The notes under the pieces: generated by a model
What the model saw: the letters and a program-made list of their open reading frames with translations, nothing else
What the model was told of the DNA's origin: nothing
The model's database searches: none
Shown here: positions 48,908 to 62,100 of the stretch, one piece after another
Position numbering within the stretch: position 1 is the stretch's first letter
Layout of the letters: each line of letters opens with the position of its first letter
Program-made: the position numbers and the translations under genes
Assembly: GCF_038025025.1 (NCBI RefSeq)
Contig: NW_027117347.1
Span: 1,302,001-1,366,000, forward strand
Direction: 5' to 3'
DNA: 64,000 bases
From: Phyllosticta citribraziliensis
Lineage: Eukaryota

Positions 48908-49911
48908 ATGGCTTTGGTGTTGCCCACTTTGGGGGCGCAATATACCAATTCAGACGACGGGACCTTTTCACTGGCTGAGTTTCTAAAGAGCGATTTCTAG
49001 ATCGACAATAGAAGCTCTAATCTCATCATTACTTACCAAGACAGAAAATTTCACGTTTACAGCGTCTTACTATGTATAAGATCTGCCTTCTTTAGTAAAG
49101 AATGTAATCTAGGACTATCTTTTAAAGTTAGTTAAAGCATCCTCTACTCTTTAAAGATATAAGACTAAAGCTGACTTGCATTTACTTAGAAAGTCTTTAA
49201 GCAAGGAAAACAGGTTATCTTATTTAATAAAGAGGACCTACTTGCTATTTAGCTCATACTGTCCCCCTGCTATAGGTATAGTAAATAGGGACCTAGTAAA
49301 ACTTTAGCCACTACTAAATCTATATTTTTAAGCCTTAAAGAAAGGCTTTATTATATAGTCCTTCTATTTATAATTATAGATAAATATCTTTTCCTTTAGC
49401 TTAAGAGGATAGTAGTTCTAATCTTTAAATAACTATTAGAAGATTTGCTTTATAAAGTCTAGGCTAAGGAAGCAATCTATATTAATATCCCTATCTACTA
49501 AGAATTTCTCCCTATACTTAGGAAAACCATCGCCTATATTATAGAGTTTTCTAGTTAAGATAATTAGCTATACTATTTAGTTCTATATAGGGTTTTACAG
49601 TATATTAATAAACTTATACGCTAGATAAGCTTTATAGAGGAGCTTAATAGGATCTAAGACTTCTAGAAAGACCTAGTATAATTCTAGTATACTAATTCTA
49701 GACTTTAACTATATACGTGTCCTTCTTATAATAAAATTATTTAGATAGATTTAACTAGTTATCTAGTATTATAGAAACCTTTTAAATGCCCTTATTATAG
49801 TATAAGCTATAAGATTAAGTAGTAGAATTATAGATACCTAATATAATTAGATAGTTAGGGATATACTCCTAAGAATAATAAAGCTATAGTACTACCTACC
49901 TATAAAGAATA
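48908..49911 (+). pseudogene. RIP-inactivated BTB/zinc-ribbon gene (paralogue 3)
   Basis: Intact start MALVLPT...KSDF*, then SNLIITYQDRKFHVYSVLLCIRSAFFSKEC; intron ~49126..49189; then EDLLAI*LIL, LFIIIDKYLF, FIEELNRI*DF*K, TCPSY...FKCPYY. It is colinear with paralogue 2, shows no frameshift, and its stops are TAG/TAA. The 3' end is approximate. Confidence 0.85.
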
Positions 49912-51181
49912 GAGGGTAATTTTAGATTATATATATCCTATAAGTTTAAAGCTTAAAAATTCTATAGTTTAGTTACTCTATAGTCTTTTAGTTATTATTA
50001 TTATACTATAATCACGTCTTAGGTTTCCTATTATAGCCTAGGTTTATATAGACTAGGTAATTAGTAGTATAGGTAGATTAGATAGATATAATAAAACTAC
50101 CCTAAAGCTATAGGCTATATACGCGCCCTAGCTACTTCCTATAGTATAACTAGCTAGTTACTAATACCTCTAATACTATATAAATTTATATAGTATTATT
50201 TATAATATTAACTACTATACCTTATATTATAAAGGTATAGGTATATATATATACCTATACCTTACCTACTATTTTAACTTAGTAATAATAATCTATAGTA
50301 TTAAGTTTTAACTATCTCTCTCTCTATTTATACCTCTATTTATAGGTTATCTAGGCCTAGTAGCTATTTATCTTTACTATTATTACTATTACTATTATCC
50401 CTAGCTACTATATTACTCCTACTATTACTCCTATTATTACTCTCCTTATTATTAGTCTAAGGATAGGTAGGGAAAACCTCTTTATATAATATATCTATTA
50501 TTATAATAGGTATACACGCGCCTATATAAGTACTAGGGCCAGTATAGATAAACCTAGTATTATATAGTTATAGGAAGTATGAGCCTCACCTTAAGTAGTA
50601 GCCTACTATAGCTTAGGCTAAAACCTATAGGCTAGTACTAGCTACTATAGCCTAGTACTAGCTACTATAGCCCTAGGCAGATACTATATAATAGCCTATT
50701 AATACCTTACCTTTATAACTTACCTAATAATAACTAAGGACCCTTATATAAAGGATAAGAGGTAGAATAGTATAAAGGAAGGACTAGGAAATATATAAGT
50801 AGTAAGTATCTTTTATATTTTATTCTTTTAACTTATTAGATTTAATTAAGATATATATATATTCTCTAGTAGTTTACCTTTAGCCCTTACCTATATAATA
50901 AGAAATCTATAAGTTATAATAGATATAAAAGATTATTCTAAGTTTTAGCTCTATCCTACTTCTTTACCTATAAAGGTATTATAATATTTAACCTAAGTAA
51001 TATTATATATAGCTATAGTCTTATATAAGACTACTTATTACTTTTCCCTAGTAAACCTAAGTCATCTTTATTAGGCGCATTAGTATTATCTAAGGACTAA
51101 GGAGTATTAAGTATATATTAACTATAGAAGTCTTTAGTTAAGGCTATAGAGTAGTATATAAATATCTAGAAGGTATCCTAT

Positions 51182-51354
51182 TATTATAAGTTCGGTTAGG
51201 ACGTCTTTTTTTAAGTAAGGATTGTATTATTATTATCTCTATCTTAGCCCTAGGGCCCTACTTATTCTTATCTACTTACTTATACTACTAAGCCTGCTAG
51301 CTAGTACCTGCCTTGCTTACCTAAGGCGTCCCTAACTATCCGCGGACTATAATA
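51182..51354. repeat. Left LTR (3' LTR relative to gag-pol)
   Basis: Aligns without gaps to 62791..62963 with 11 differences, all transitions. The termini TATTATA...TATAATA are the RIP products of TGTCGCA...TGCGACA. Confidence 0.93.
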
Positions 51355-51501
51355 GTAGTAGCTAAAAATAAAGGAGTCGTTCTTAACTTAGAATTTACTA
51401 TCCTCCTCTACCTATTAAGAAACGTCCCCTTTTTAGGACAAGAAAGGAAAGAAAAGGAAGTAAAGAAAGAAAGAAAGAAATAAGTCTATACTAAGATGTA
51501 T

Positions 51502-54405
51502 TTAGTTACTAGCCTCTCTATCCTTATCTATATTAGACTAGTCCTTACTGCCCGTCCCGTCATCATTATAAGGCGGGGCTAATAGTAGGATAAGCAGGTT
51601 CTTCTATATATTAGTACTATAACCGCTTTTATCTTCTCCTAATACAGGCACGTAACGCATAATGGTGCCCGTATCTATATAGAAATTAGGGTGTATATAT
51701 CTACTAGGAATACGGCTTATAAACTAGTTAGTAAACCCTATATCGGCGCCTAGGAATTACTCTACTAGGCCATCTACATCTTATAGCATGTATAGCATGA
51801 GTAGCTATAAAGCGAGCAGTCTAGCGATCTATAGGTGTTTTAGGGGGTCATTATTAATATACTAGATTAGGCAGCTTAATCCTATATAGAAAGTAAGGTT
51901 GTTAACTACTATATTAGAGATAAACTTATTAGGGATGATTCCTCTAATAATAAGGTATATAGCTTAATAAGGTTCTATTATAAGGAGTATAGCTGTCAGG
52001 TCAGTATAGTAGTAGAGACAGCCTACTTTACCTAGGTTAGGATATTAATAGATCGCGTAGTTTACTAAGTATCCTAGGGAAGCGGCTTTAATAGTATTAG
52101 TAATATTACTATAGTTAGCAGGATCGTTATTAGGGATTAAAGGGTCTTTTATACTAGTACTAGAACTAATATTATTATTATTATTATTAGGTTTACCTAG
52201 AAGTGGCTTGTCCTAAGTTGTAAGTAGGGCGTCATCAGCGTCTACTATAAATATAGCATGATTAGGGTAGTCTAGGTAAACCTATAGTATAAGCTTATCT
52301 AGGCCTTTAGGTTTCTTATCCTATAATAACGTCTCCCTATTAGGAGGGGGCATACCTTAAAGCATCTCTATAAGCTCTACTTTATTATTATTAATAGGAT
52401 AGTTATATTAGTACCGACCCGCTCCTACTCTAGAAGTGTAAAACTTAGTGCCTATAGACTACTTATTTCTGCTTTTTATAAGGGTAGTAGTAAATATATA
52501 GATCTCTACTAGTAGCATGTTGCCTCTTATTGCGCGGTCTATTACGATAGTATAGTGGCCCTGCCCGTTCTATATTTCTTACTTATAAAGGTGCTGCTTT
52601 ATACCCTTAGGGACTGGGATGTCCTTATATATAGAGAAAAGCAGTCTATTATAACTATAGATAGTAAGGCCTCCTATTGCCTAGAGGTGCATCTTATTAA
52701 TATTAGGGTTACTAGGCTCCTTCCTACTAATATACTTATTATAGCCTTCCCTACTAATAAGTCTATACTGCTTTATAAGTATTATATACTAGATTTCACC
52801 GTCCTCATCTTAGTAGTATAAGGCCTGTCTATTAGGGTAATAATATAGGTTCAGTCCTCTATCTTTATAGTAAAATAGCTAGATTTAGTAGAGGTTGCGG
52901 AACTTAAGATCTGTTATTACTTAGTAAGCTAAGTAGTAGAGGGCCCCTATTATTATAGAGGACAGGCTTATACTAGGTAGGGGAAGGTACTAATCTTTAA
53001 TAAATATGCCTAAAATATAGTTAATAATAGGAAAGTTACTAGTATCTATAAGGAATATAGTGTCCTAGTCCTATTTACACTCTATAAAAGTCTTAGGGTT
53101 ATAGAATAGACGGTATATACTTTCCTTTAGGAACGACTAGTCACCTATTTTACCTTAGGGACTAACTACTACTAGTTTATCTAGTATAATATTAGGCGCG
53201 CCCCTTAGTTTCTTTAATTATATAGTAATATTTAGTGTGCTAGCGGCCTTCCCTATTTTCTTTATCTTCTATAGCATGGCTAGTCCCTTAGGGTCCGCCC
53301 TTTCTTTTCTCTACCTTAGTATTAAGGTATCTAGGAATTCCTTTCCTAAATCTACATCATTATTAGGAACTTAGGGCACGCGTTAAATTATAGCTATAAT
53401 AATTTTATTAGCATTATAGGAAGTATTAGTAAGTTAGTAGGTTTACTTTCTAATAGTAGAATTCTAGGCCTATAGGTCTATATTAGTAACGTCTACCGTT
53501 TTATAGCTTACCTTAACCTATAGAGTTACTCTAATCGCACCAAAATTAGGAGGCGTCTGTATTAGGTAAGAAGCTAGTATTCTTATACTAAGAAGGCTTA
53601 TAGCTAGGTTAGGGGTAAGACTAGGTTAAGGTATAGTTTCTAGTAAGAAGGTAGGCTTCTACTATCTCTTATCCTTAGTATCCTCCTCTAATTCCTTAGT
53701 AGTAAAGCGCTTGCGCTTATTACTATAATTAGTGTTATACTTCCTTATATATATATCTAGTATACTGCTATCTTTATTATCTTAGTAGAAGCTATAGGTC
53801 TGGCATTTTAAGCCTCTAGCCCCTAACACGCCGTGTCCTTATATAGTTATAGATGGTGCATTTATTATTAGTATATCTACTATTAGCGTCGCGGTGCTGT
53901 TATATAGGATAGTATTAAAGAAGTCTGCTATCTCTTTATTATTAGTAACTTAGTTTAGCGCGTCCTATTATAAACACTTACTAGTATTAGGAGAAAAGCA
54001 GTTATTCTACACTTCTAGTCTAGGGATGGCGTCATTTTACTTAAGGGTAGACGCGCTATTACTAGTAGTAGGGGTGTTATTTAGTATTACATTTACTAGG
54101 ACCGCGCCCGTATTAGGTGCTATATTATTAGGTACTATATTATATAAAAGGTCCTGCCGTTCTTATAGGCTAGTAATAGCTATTAGGGTAGCACTAGTAA
54201 GTCTATTCCTATTATAGTCTAAAGGCCAACTATATTAGTCTCTTAGGCGGCTTATACGTTCACGTTATAGGTAAGGTTATATAGTAAGGTTAGTATAGGG
54301 TTATAAGTTAATATTCTATAGACCCTAATATTAATTAGGCACTTATACTATAGCTAGTACTAGTCGCCCTACTAACGCACGGTCCTCTTCTTGCTTAGTA
54401 ATGCT
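51502..54405 (-). pseudogene. Extra ~970-codon ORF of unknown function downstream of pol inside the LTR element
   Basis: Three segments translated by eye (~53600-54405, ~52200-52500, ~51502-52170) all give protein-like text in one frame that differs from the pol frame, with TAA/TAG stops typical of RIP. Confidence 0.65.
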
Positions 54406-54455
54406 TAAGTATATAAAATATTTTTAGTAGTAATATTCTTATAGGCCTCCCTTTA

Positions 54456-57400
54456 CTAGGAGGTACTTAGGCGCGCCTTACTAGCTCCTTCTATAAGATA
54501 GGTGCTAACTTAGTACTCTTCTTTAGTAGCTTAGGGTTTCTTCTCCTTATTCTTTATACCTAGTAGACGACCTTACTGCTTTAGCACTATAGGGATAACC
54601 ATTTCTAGTAGCGCATATAGTAGTTTATCATATAATAGCCTGCCCTATAGTAGTTTATTACGCGCCTTAGTAGGTAGCAGCTTAACTATATTATCATTTT
54701 CCTCTAGGTCCTTAGGCACTATAGTAGTGTATTAAGGCGGTCCTGGTTTCTATTAGGGCCTATACTAGTCTAGCTTTACTATTATCTCCTTATTTATCCT
54801 TATATTACATTCTTTAATAAGATCTATTGCCCCCTCTAAGTCGTCTAAGTTATACTATACTTAATGCTATAGCCCCTAGCCTTTCTAGTTAACTAAGTAT
54901 TATAGTTTCCTAGTCCTATAATGTTTATATCTATCTACTAAGCGTAAGATTTTATACTTAGGCGCTGGCTTATTAGTGTTAATAATAGGTCCTAGCTCTA
55001 ATATAGTATTATACTTAAAAGGGTCGGGGCTGTCCTTTTCCTTTTCTAATTAGGAGATGTTAATAACTAGATAAATCCTTAAACTACTAGGGATAGCCAG
55101 TTTATAGGCCTATATACTAACTACTTATATTACTTTATAAGGTCCTATATGTGTGTTCTAGAGTTTCTATAGTAGGTTACTATATACCTTATAACTATAG
55201 TATAACTATAGATACACCTTGTCCCCTAGTTTAAATTAGACTAGATAGTACTTGCCGTCGTATTACTCCTTTTATACTACTACTATAAAAGCGAGGGCTT
55301 CTTAGGCTTTAGCATAGTAGTCTAAATAGAGGGTTTTTAAGTCTATATCCTTAGTAGATTCTACCTAGTTATACCCATCGTCCTATAGGTTAAATTTATA
55401 TAAGATTTTATAGGGGGTACATCCTATTAAGGTGTTTTAAGAAGAATTTATAGTCCCCTAGATATAAGGGAGAGCGTCTACCTAACTCTAATTAGGGTTA
55501 GCTATAATAAAGAAGTATAGGGTGATCTCTACTATCTAGTTAGTATACTTACTTTATCTATCTATCTAGGGATAGTAAGTAGTAGTAGTATTTAGATCGA
55601 TTTTTATTATTTTAAAAATGCTACTTATAAATCGCCCTAGCTAATAGGAGTCCCGGTCTATAATTATAATAGAAGGTAGACCCTATCTATATCTATAGAG
55701 TTCTTTAAACTATAAACCTCTCTAATTACCTATAGTCTAGGTCTCTTAACTAGGGATTAGCAAGATTGCTTTAGAAAATTTATAGGTTATAGTTAGAAGT
55801 ATATTAAAACCCCCTTTACTATATATAGGCAGCTTAGTAATAAAATTAATATATATAGTAAAGAAGGGGACCTTTACTACTATAATAGAGACTATTAACC
55901 TATTAGGTTTATATTAAGGTGTTTAGTTAATATAACAGTTAGGATAGTAATTAATATACACCTATATCTACTAGTATAGGTGCCTTATATAGTAGTAAGT
56001 ATAAATATAATCTATATATTAGTCTATACCTTAATAGAAACGCTAATTATATACTTATTTAAATACTACTTACTTATAGCTTTAGGAAATATATAGCTGT
56101 TCTTACTAGTCTCCTAAGTAGTCTATAAAGTAGATTAGCCCTTTCTATAGAAAGAAGTATAGACTAGAGACTAGTCCTTTATAGGGGTCCTTATTTTCTT
56201 CTATATCCCTAAGAGGAACGGGCTCTATAGTAGTAATAGGGGCTGGCGTTGCTATAGGTATAGGGTTTATACTAGCAGGTTACTCTATAGTTATTATAGG
56301 GTTTACTAGCCTATAGTTATATTCCTACTACTACTTAAGGGCCTGCTCTAAAATATAGAGCACCTTTACCTATTATATATTAGTACTATACGCTATATAG
56401 AGCTCTTACTTAAATCTATTAGAGAGCTCTACTAATACTATATAGAAGTAAGTAGTAGCGTCGCTACCTTCTAAGGTATACTAAACTAGGTCCTTATTAT
56501 TAGGGAATTCTATAGTATTAAGGGTATTATCTATATCTATAGTCGCCTTAGATAGTAATTAGCTTAGTATATTAGGGATGATATAGTTCCTCCCTAGCTA
56601 GTACTATACCTTTAATAGATACTAGCTTAGGTATTAGCTTATATATATTAGACGTAGGTTTAGCTGCTCTATAGATTAGGAGTTTCTAAAGTATAGCTGT
56701 TATATAATAGTAGTAACTACTAAATAGTTAGTAAATACCTAAGTATCCTTAGAGGCCTATATTAGTATTTATAATTTCTTAACCGCCTAAACGACTCCTA
56801 TTATCTTAAGCTTAGTAGTCTAGTATCTCATCTTAGCTCCTAAAAGGCGCTAGAATAGAAAGGCTATTAGCTTAATAGACTACTTTAGAAAGTCCTTAGC
56901 CTTCTTAAGCTAATTTATAGTAGGGTTTTCACCCTCTACGTTCTCTATATTTATAGTAGGAGTCTAGTCTTCTATAACTAGTTTAAGATTACCTTTTATA
57001 TAGTAGGCTATTATGCTAAAACCTAACTCTTTACTAGCATCTATATTAATAAAGAGGGGTCTCTTAGGCACGTAGTAAAAACGCCATTATATTTTATAAA
57101 GGGTCGTTTATATAGCCTTAAATAATGCTACTAGTACTAGGGAGTCTAGTAGTGCCTATACCACTATATATTAGCAGCGCGCTTATTTATCTTTAGGAGC
57201 GCTTTATAATAGCACGGTCTTTATAGCTTCTAGTAGTTCTACTAGTTATATATAGTAGGGATAGTTATCTTATAGCTAGCTAGTAAGCCCTATAAAGGTT
57301 TCTAGTTCTTAGAGGGTCCTTAGGAATTTAAGGTCTTTTAGAGCTTAGATCTTAGCTTCTAATATTATAATACTAAATCTAGATACCTACTATTCTAATA

Positions 57401-59110
57401 GCATAATAGATAGGTATCCTAACTAGGACTTCTTAGTACTTAGGCTTATATTTATACTATTAAGGATAGTAAATACCTTTTTAAGGTAATCTAGGTATTT
57501 TTCTAATATTTTAGAGAAAATAGTAATATTATTAATATATATTTATATAAAAGCGTAGCAGTCCTAAAAAAGAGTATTATACTACTATTATATATACTAT
57601 ATAGAGTTATAGTATCCTATTAGGGCCACGTTTAACTATTTAGCACTCTAGTAGATAAGTATAATCAGCTTATATTAGTTGTTAGGATGGATCTGCTACT
57701 AATAGAAGAAAGAGATAGCATCTACTACTAAGATATAAAGATAGCCCTAGATATTAGAGATAATATTAGCAGCTAGAGAGAGTAGCTATAAGTCCTTCTT
57801 ACTAATAGTATTAAGGGCTTATATATCTATAACTACTTATCCTTTCTACTCTAGGGTCCTATTCTCTCTAGGGACTAGCTTCTATACTATAAATATAGAG
57901 AAGCTAAGATAAGTATCTCTATATACCTATTCTACTTTTCCTTATTTATATATAGGGTTAAGCGTGGCGTCTTAGAATTTATAGTCCCTTTAGGATGTAG
58001 GGTATAGTCTTTAATATTTAAAATATTTATACTAGCCTAGGACTAATAGTATCCTTATCTAATCCTTTTTAGGAACCTTAATAAATCCCTTTTAATTATA
58101 GAAAAGATCTTAAAACTAATCTACTAGTTTCTAGTATAGTAACTAGACCTTAGGGGTCCTAAATATAGTAATGCTATTATTAAGCTTGGCCTCCTTTATA
58201 ATAGGGATAGTAGGGTTTAAACTAGCTAGGCTATATTCTATATCTATAAGGCGGTACGCCCTATTAAATTCTATAGTAATAATGCTACCTAGCCGTGTAT
58301 TCTAGGAGATTATAAGAGGCCGATCTAAGTTATTTCTAGTAATAATCTAGTTTATATCTATACTAGTAACTATAGTATAAAGGGTACCCCCCTTTTATAG
58401 GAAGGGTATAGGATGTGCGGTTTTATTAGGATAGAACTTATATACTTAGTAAGGGAGGTCTAGTTCTAGAATTTTAATAAGCAGCTTTATCTAGAACTAT
58501 AGGGGTATCGTCGTATTCCTTATAGTATATATATATTAGTAGATAGGAGTAGAAAACAGCTTAGTTATTATACTAGTATTTAGTCCCTTAGGCCCTATAT
58601 ATAGCTATACTACTTAGTTCTAACTAATATTAATAATTACCCCTTTAAGATGTAGGAGGTTATTCCCTATAAGTAGGGGGATATTTAACTTATTAGTTAT
58701 CTAAGTATAGTAGGGAAGAAAGCTAAGAGCCTATCCTATCTTAGTTTATCTAGATAAGTAAAGGGGAAGTATTATATAGTTAGCGCATTTTATCTTATAT
58801 CCTACTCTAGTAATAATTATAGGTTTCTTAAGTATTATTACCCTAATATTAGGGAGCTTTTCCTTTAAAAACATTCTATTTACTATTAAGGATAAGGCGC
58901 CTATATTAAGATATCTAATATCTACTATTTCTATAGGAGTCAGCCTAAAACTAATCTCTATTAATTAATATTTAGGAAATAGAGGCAGATCATCCCCTAT
59001 ACTAAGTCCTATAAAGGCTATAGACGACTCTAAGATTAGTACCTTTAGTTCTATATTAGATATAGCCTTATCCTTTATCTTCCTATATTTACTATTAACT
59101 ATATTAAACC
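54456..59110 (-). pseudogene. RIP-damaged pol (protease, RT, RNase H, integrase, chromodomain); ends approximate
   Basis: Protease YLNIGA (=LDTGA, ~58900); RT VVDAISFFY**, LNVALIGYYNS and YINNI (=YIDDI, 57525..57539); RNase H IDASKELGFS (~57020-57050); integrase TTYYP*IDR*SKYTN*IVE (=HPQTDGQSERTNQ, ~55530-55580); chromodomain YKILRLVD...YLVN*KG*G (~54810-54956). Protease, RT and chromodomain were checked to share one frame. Confidence 0.9.
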
Positions 59111-62100
59111 CTAATATAGTAAGGTAGACTGTTTAGTAATAGCATCTCTAACTAAGTATAAGAGCGCCTTACCTATAGCGCTATATTACCTATACTATAA
59201 GGCTAAGAGGAAAGATTAACGCCTACTAGAGGGCTATAACTACTAGAGTAAGGACATACTAAGAGGAGACGACGTATTACTTAGTTCTATTATCCTAATA
59301 GCTTTTAGGTACTAGTTATCTACTAACTAGATAGTGCTCTATTTAGGTCCTAAATTCTTAAGCGGCCTAATACTTACTTAGTTTAAACTATATTTAAAAC
59401 CATTATCCCTTAGGTACTAGTATAACTTGTATTTAGAAGGGAAGCTTATCTAGTAGCTATTATATACTTTTTAGGGATTAAGTACTATTATATTACTACT
59501 AGGAGTATAGTTAAAAGCGTCGTCCTAGATAAGTATATATTTATACTAGGAGTAGTAGTTGGCTCCTATTATAATTATAGGCTTACTATTATTTAACTAT
59601 AGCTTCTCCTTATTAGTTATAGGGGTCTCTATACTAGTATCCTTATTACTTTTAGTATCTTTACTTTCCTTATTACTATCCTCGCGCTTACTTTTAGAGC
59701 CATTCTAGGTGTAGTATTATATATATATAGTAGGTTTATAGTTATAGTTATAGTTATAGTCGCAACAATCCTTAGGCTTTAAGTAGGACCTAGAACTAGA
59801 CCCTTTTAGGTTAGGAGTAGGGAGTATACCCTACTTAGAGTAGGTTACCTATTTTATATTACTTAGTCCCTTAGCACTTATATTATACTAGGACGCTAAG
59901 TGCGCTCTATTAGATTAATTAAAAGGCTAGCTAGTAGTCTATATTAAAGTGCATCTCTAATTCTAGCCCTTAGGGAAGAATGCCTTACTAGTAGTAGTTA
60001 TATTAAAATATTAGGATAGGTATTCCTAAGTCTACTAGTAACTCTTAATATTCTTAATAAATACTTAGACTGTAGTGTTCGCTATAGGTTTAGGGATCTA
60101 CTACTAGAAGTAAGGGTTAATACGTGTATAGGTATTAGCTAACTAATTATATATAGTAGGGAAACTAGCAGCTCATCCTAGATATATATAGGTAATAATA
60201 AAGTCCCTTATACTTTTAGTATAGACCTCTAGGAGCCTAAAGTGTACTCTATTTAGTACTTTAATAGCTTTATATTATGTCATGCTAAAGTCTTTATATA
60301 GTAGTAAAGTCTAATTATTAATACTATATTTAGTACGCGTAAAAGCTCGGTCTTCCTCTATAAGTTAGGAGGCATACTATATATTTAATAATCCTTTTAG
60401 GCACTTCTATAGGTTGGTATAGATTAGATCTACTCTATAGGTAGCACAAGCTATTAAGGCGCTATTAATAAACTACTCTATAGCGCAGTATAAGACCTTC
60501 CCTTATTTAGTTATACTACCTCTATAGCTGACATCTTCTTCTAATAGATTAGGGTTAAAGTAACTAATATTATCTAGGTAGAAATGCTAGGTTATTCTTC
60601 TAGTATATAGTCCTAATACCTAGTTATACTCCTTATCGTCACCTATACCCTATAGGGGAATAAACTAAAAGGTAGTAGACTATTTATCCTCTTCTCTATC
60701 CCTAGGGGGAGGGGAGCTTAATAGGAGTGGCTCTTCTATTTTATACTAGGTGTACCTTTTCTAGTATCTCTATCCCTAGTTTTTACTAGAGAAATAGTTT
60801 CCCTCCTATAACTATAGTAGTCTTAGTACTACTTAGCCTCTACCTTAGGGCGCGCTCATTTTAAGTATAGATAGGTATATGCTAAGCTTCTTAAGTTACT
60901 TATTAACCCCCTTATTTATTATAGTAAGGTTTGTTATCTATGCTTTCTATTATTTAGAGAATATATCTTAGAGCATGTCTAGCTTTACTCCTAAAGATTC
61001 TAGGGTTATAGTAGGCTACTAGATCTCCTTAGTCTGGTCTATAGCGCTATACCGGTCGCGTGTATATAGTAGTGTCATATCACGTAGGGGCAGCTAGTTA
61101 TAGTATATACACCTTAGGGGAGGATTCTAGTTTCCTAGTAGCTATTAGTAGGAGAAAGGAAGACCGCCGTGTAGGTATTAGCTAAAACCTAGACCCGTGC
61201 CACTTTAAAAAACATTAGGTGGTTAACTAAAGGGTTAGTAAGAGCGGCCTTAAGGAAGCCTATAGCTAGGTAGGAAGGGAGGTTATCTAAACTAGCCTTT
61301 ATAAGTATAGCTAGTACCTTTACTAAAATTTAGTAGGATATAGTAGTCTTTAAAATTGTCGTCTATAGAAGAATAAGGACTCTATAGATTACGTTCTAGT
61401 TTATTATTTATAGGCGGGCTACTAGTATAGGTGACCGGCTGCTTTCCTTTAGAAGGTTTTAGTTAGGAAGTATAAGGGGGCGTTGCCTGCTTATCTTAGG
61501 GCTAGTACGGCCTTATACTTATATATATCTATAACTAGAGTTATTAATGGGTGCGTATAGAAGTAGAGTAATATAAAGAAGATGAGCGTCCTTAAGTTAG
61601 CGCGGGCGTTAGTAAAACGGGTTGTTAAGGCTCTATAGATAGTGTAGGTTATAGATAAATTGATATATAGTGTAGAGATTTTAATTAAGGTTATCTATAA
61701 AGTGAGGTGATGGGCGTTCGTGCCTAAGAAGAGGGTAGATCTACTAAGTAGATAATTAGTTGGCCCTTTCCCTATCTAGGCGTAGTATAGCCCCTAGTAG
61801 GAGGAGTGGGTCCTAATAGTTCCTAGATTAACCCTAGTATAACTTTTAGGGTAATTATAGCGGGTCCTAAAGGCGACTAGGGCGCTGTCTTAGCTTATAG
61901 CTAGGGAGGCGCTTTAAGGACCGTACCTAGAGCTAATACCTCTAGTATAGTAGGACGTCCTAGTATAGTTAGAGAAAGGCGCTAGAATAGATTATATAGG
62001 GACTAGGATACCCTTAAGCCTATACTTATATTATGTTAGCCTAGCTCCTTACGCGGCGTAGTTAGGACTAGGTTTAGCAGTAAACCTACTATATTAGTAG

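Noticed and set aside
50360..50671. (ACTATT)n-like run and a 20-bp tandem duplication (50632..50671) as possible telomeric or centromeric repeats
   Set aside because: No TTAGGG array is present. They are better explained as RIP-degraded simple repeats or internal LTR repeats. A centromeric location for the block cannot be judged from this window.
52555..54217. Hydrophobic plus-strand ORFs 52555..52821 and 54026..54217
   Set aside because: These are antisense shadows of the RIP-mutated extra ORF. Their Ile/Leu/Tyr richness is a by-product of AT enrichment, not membrane proteins.
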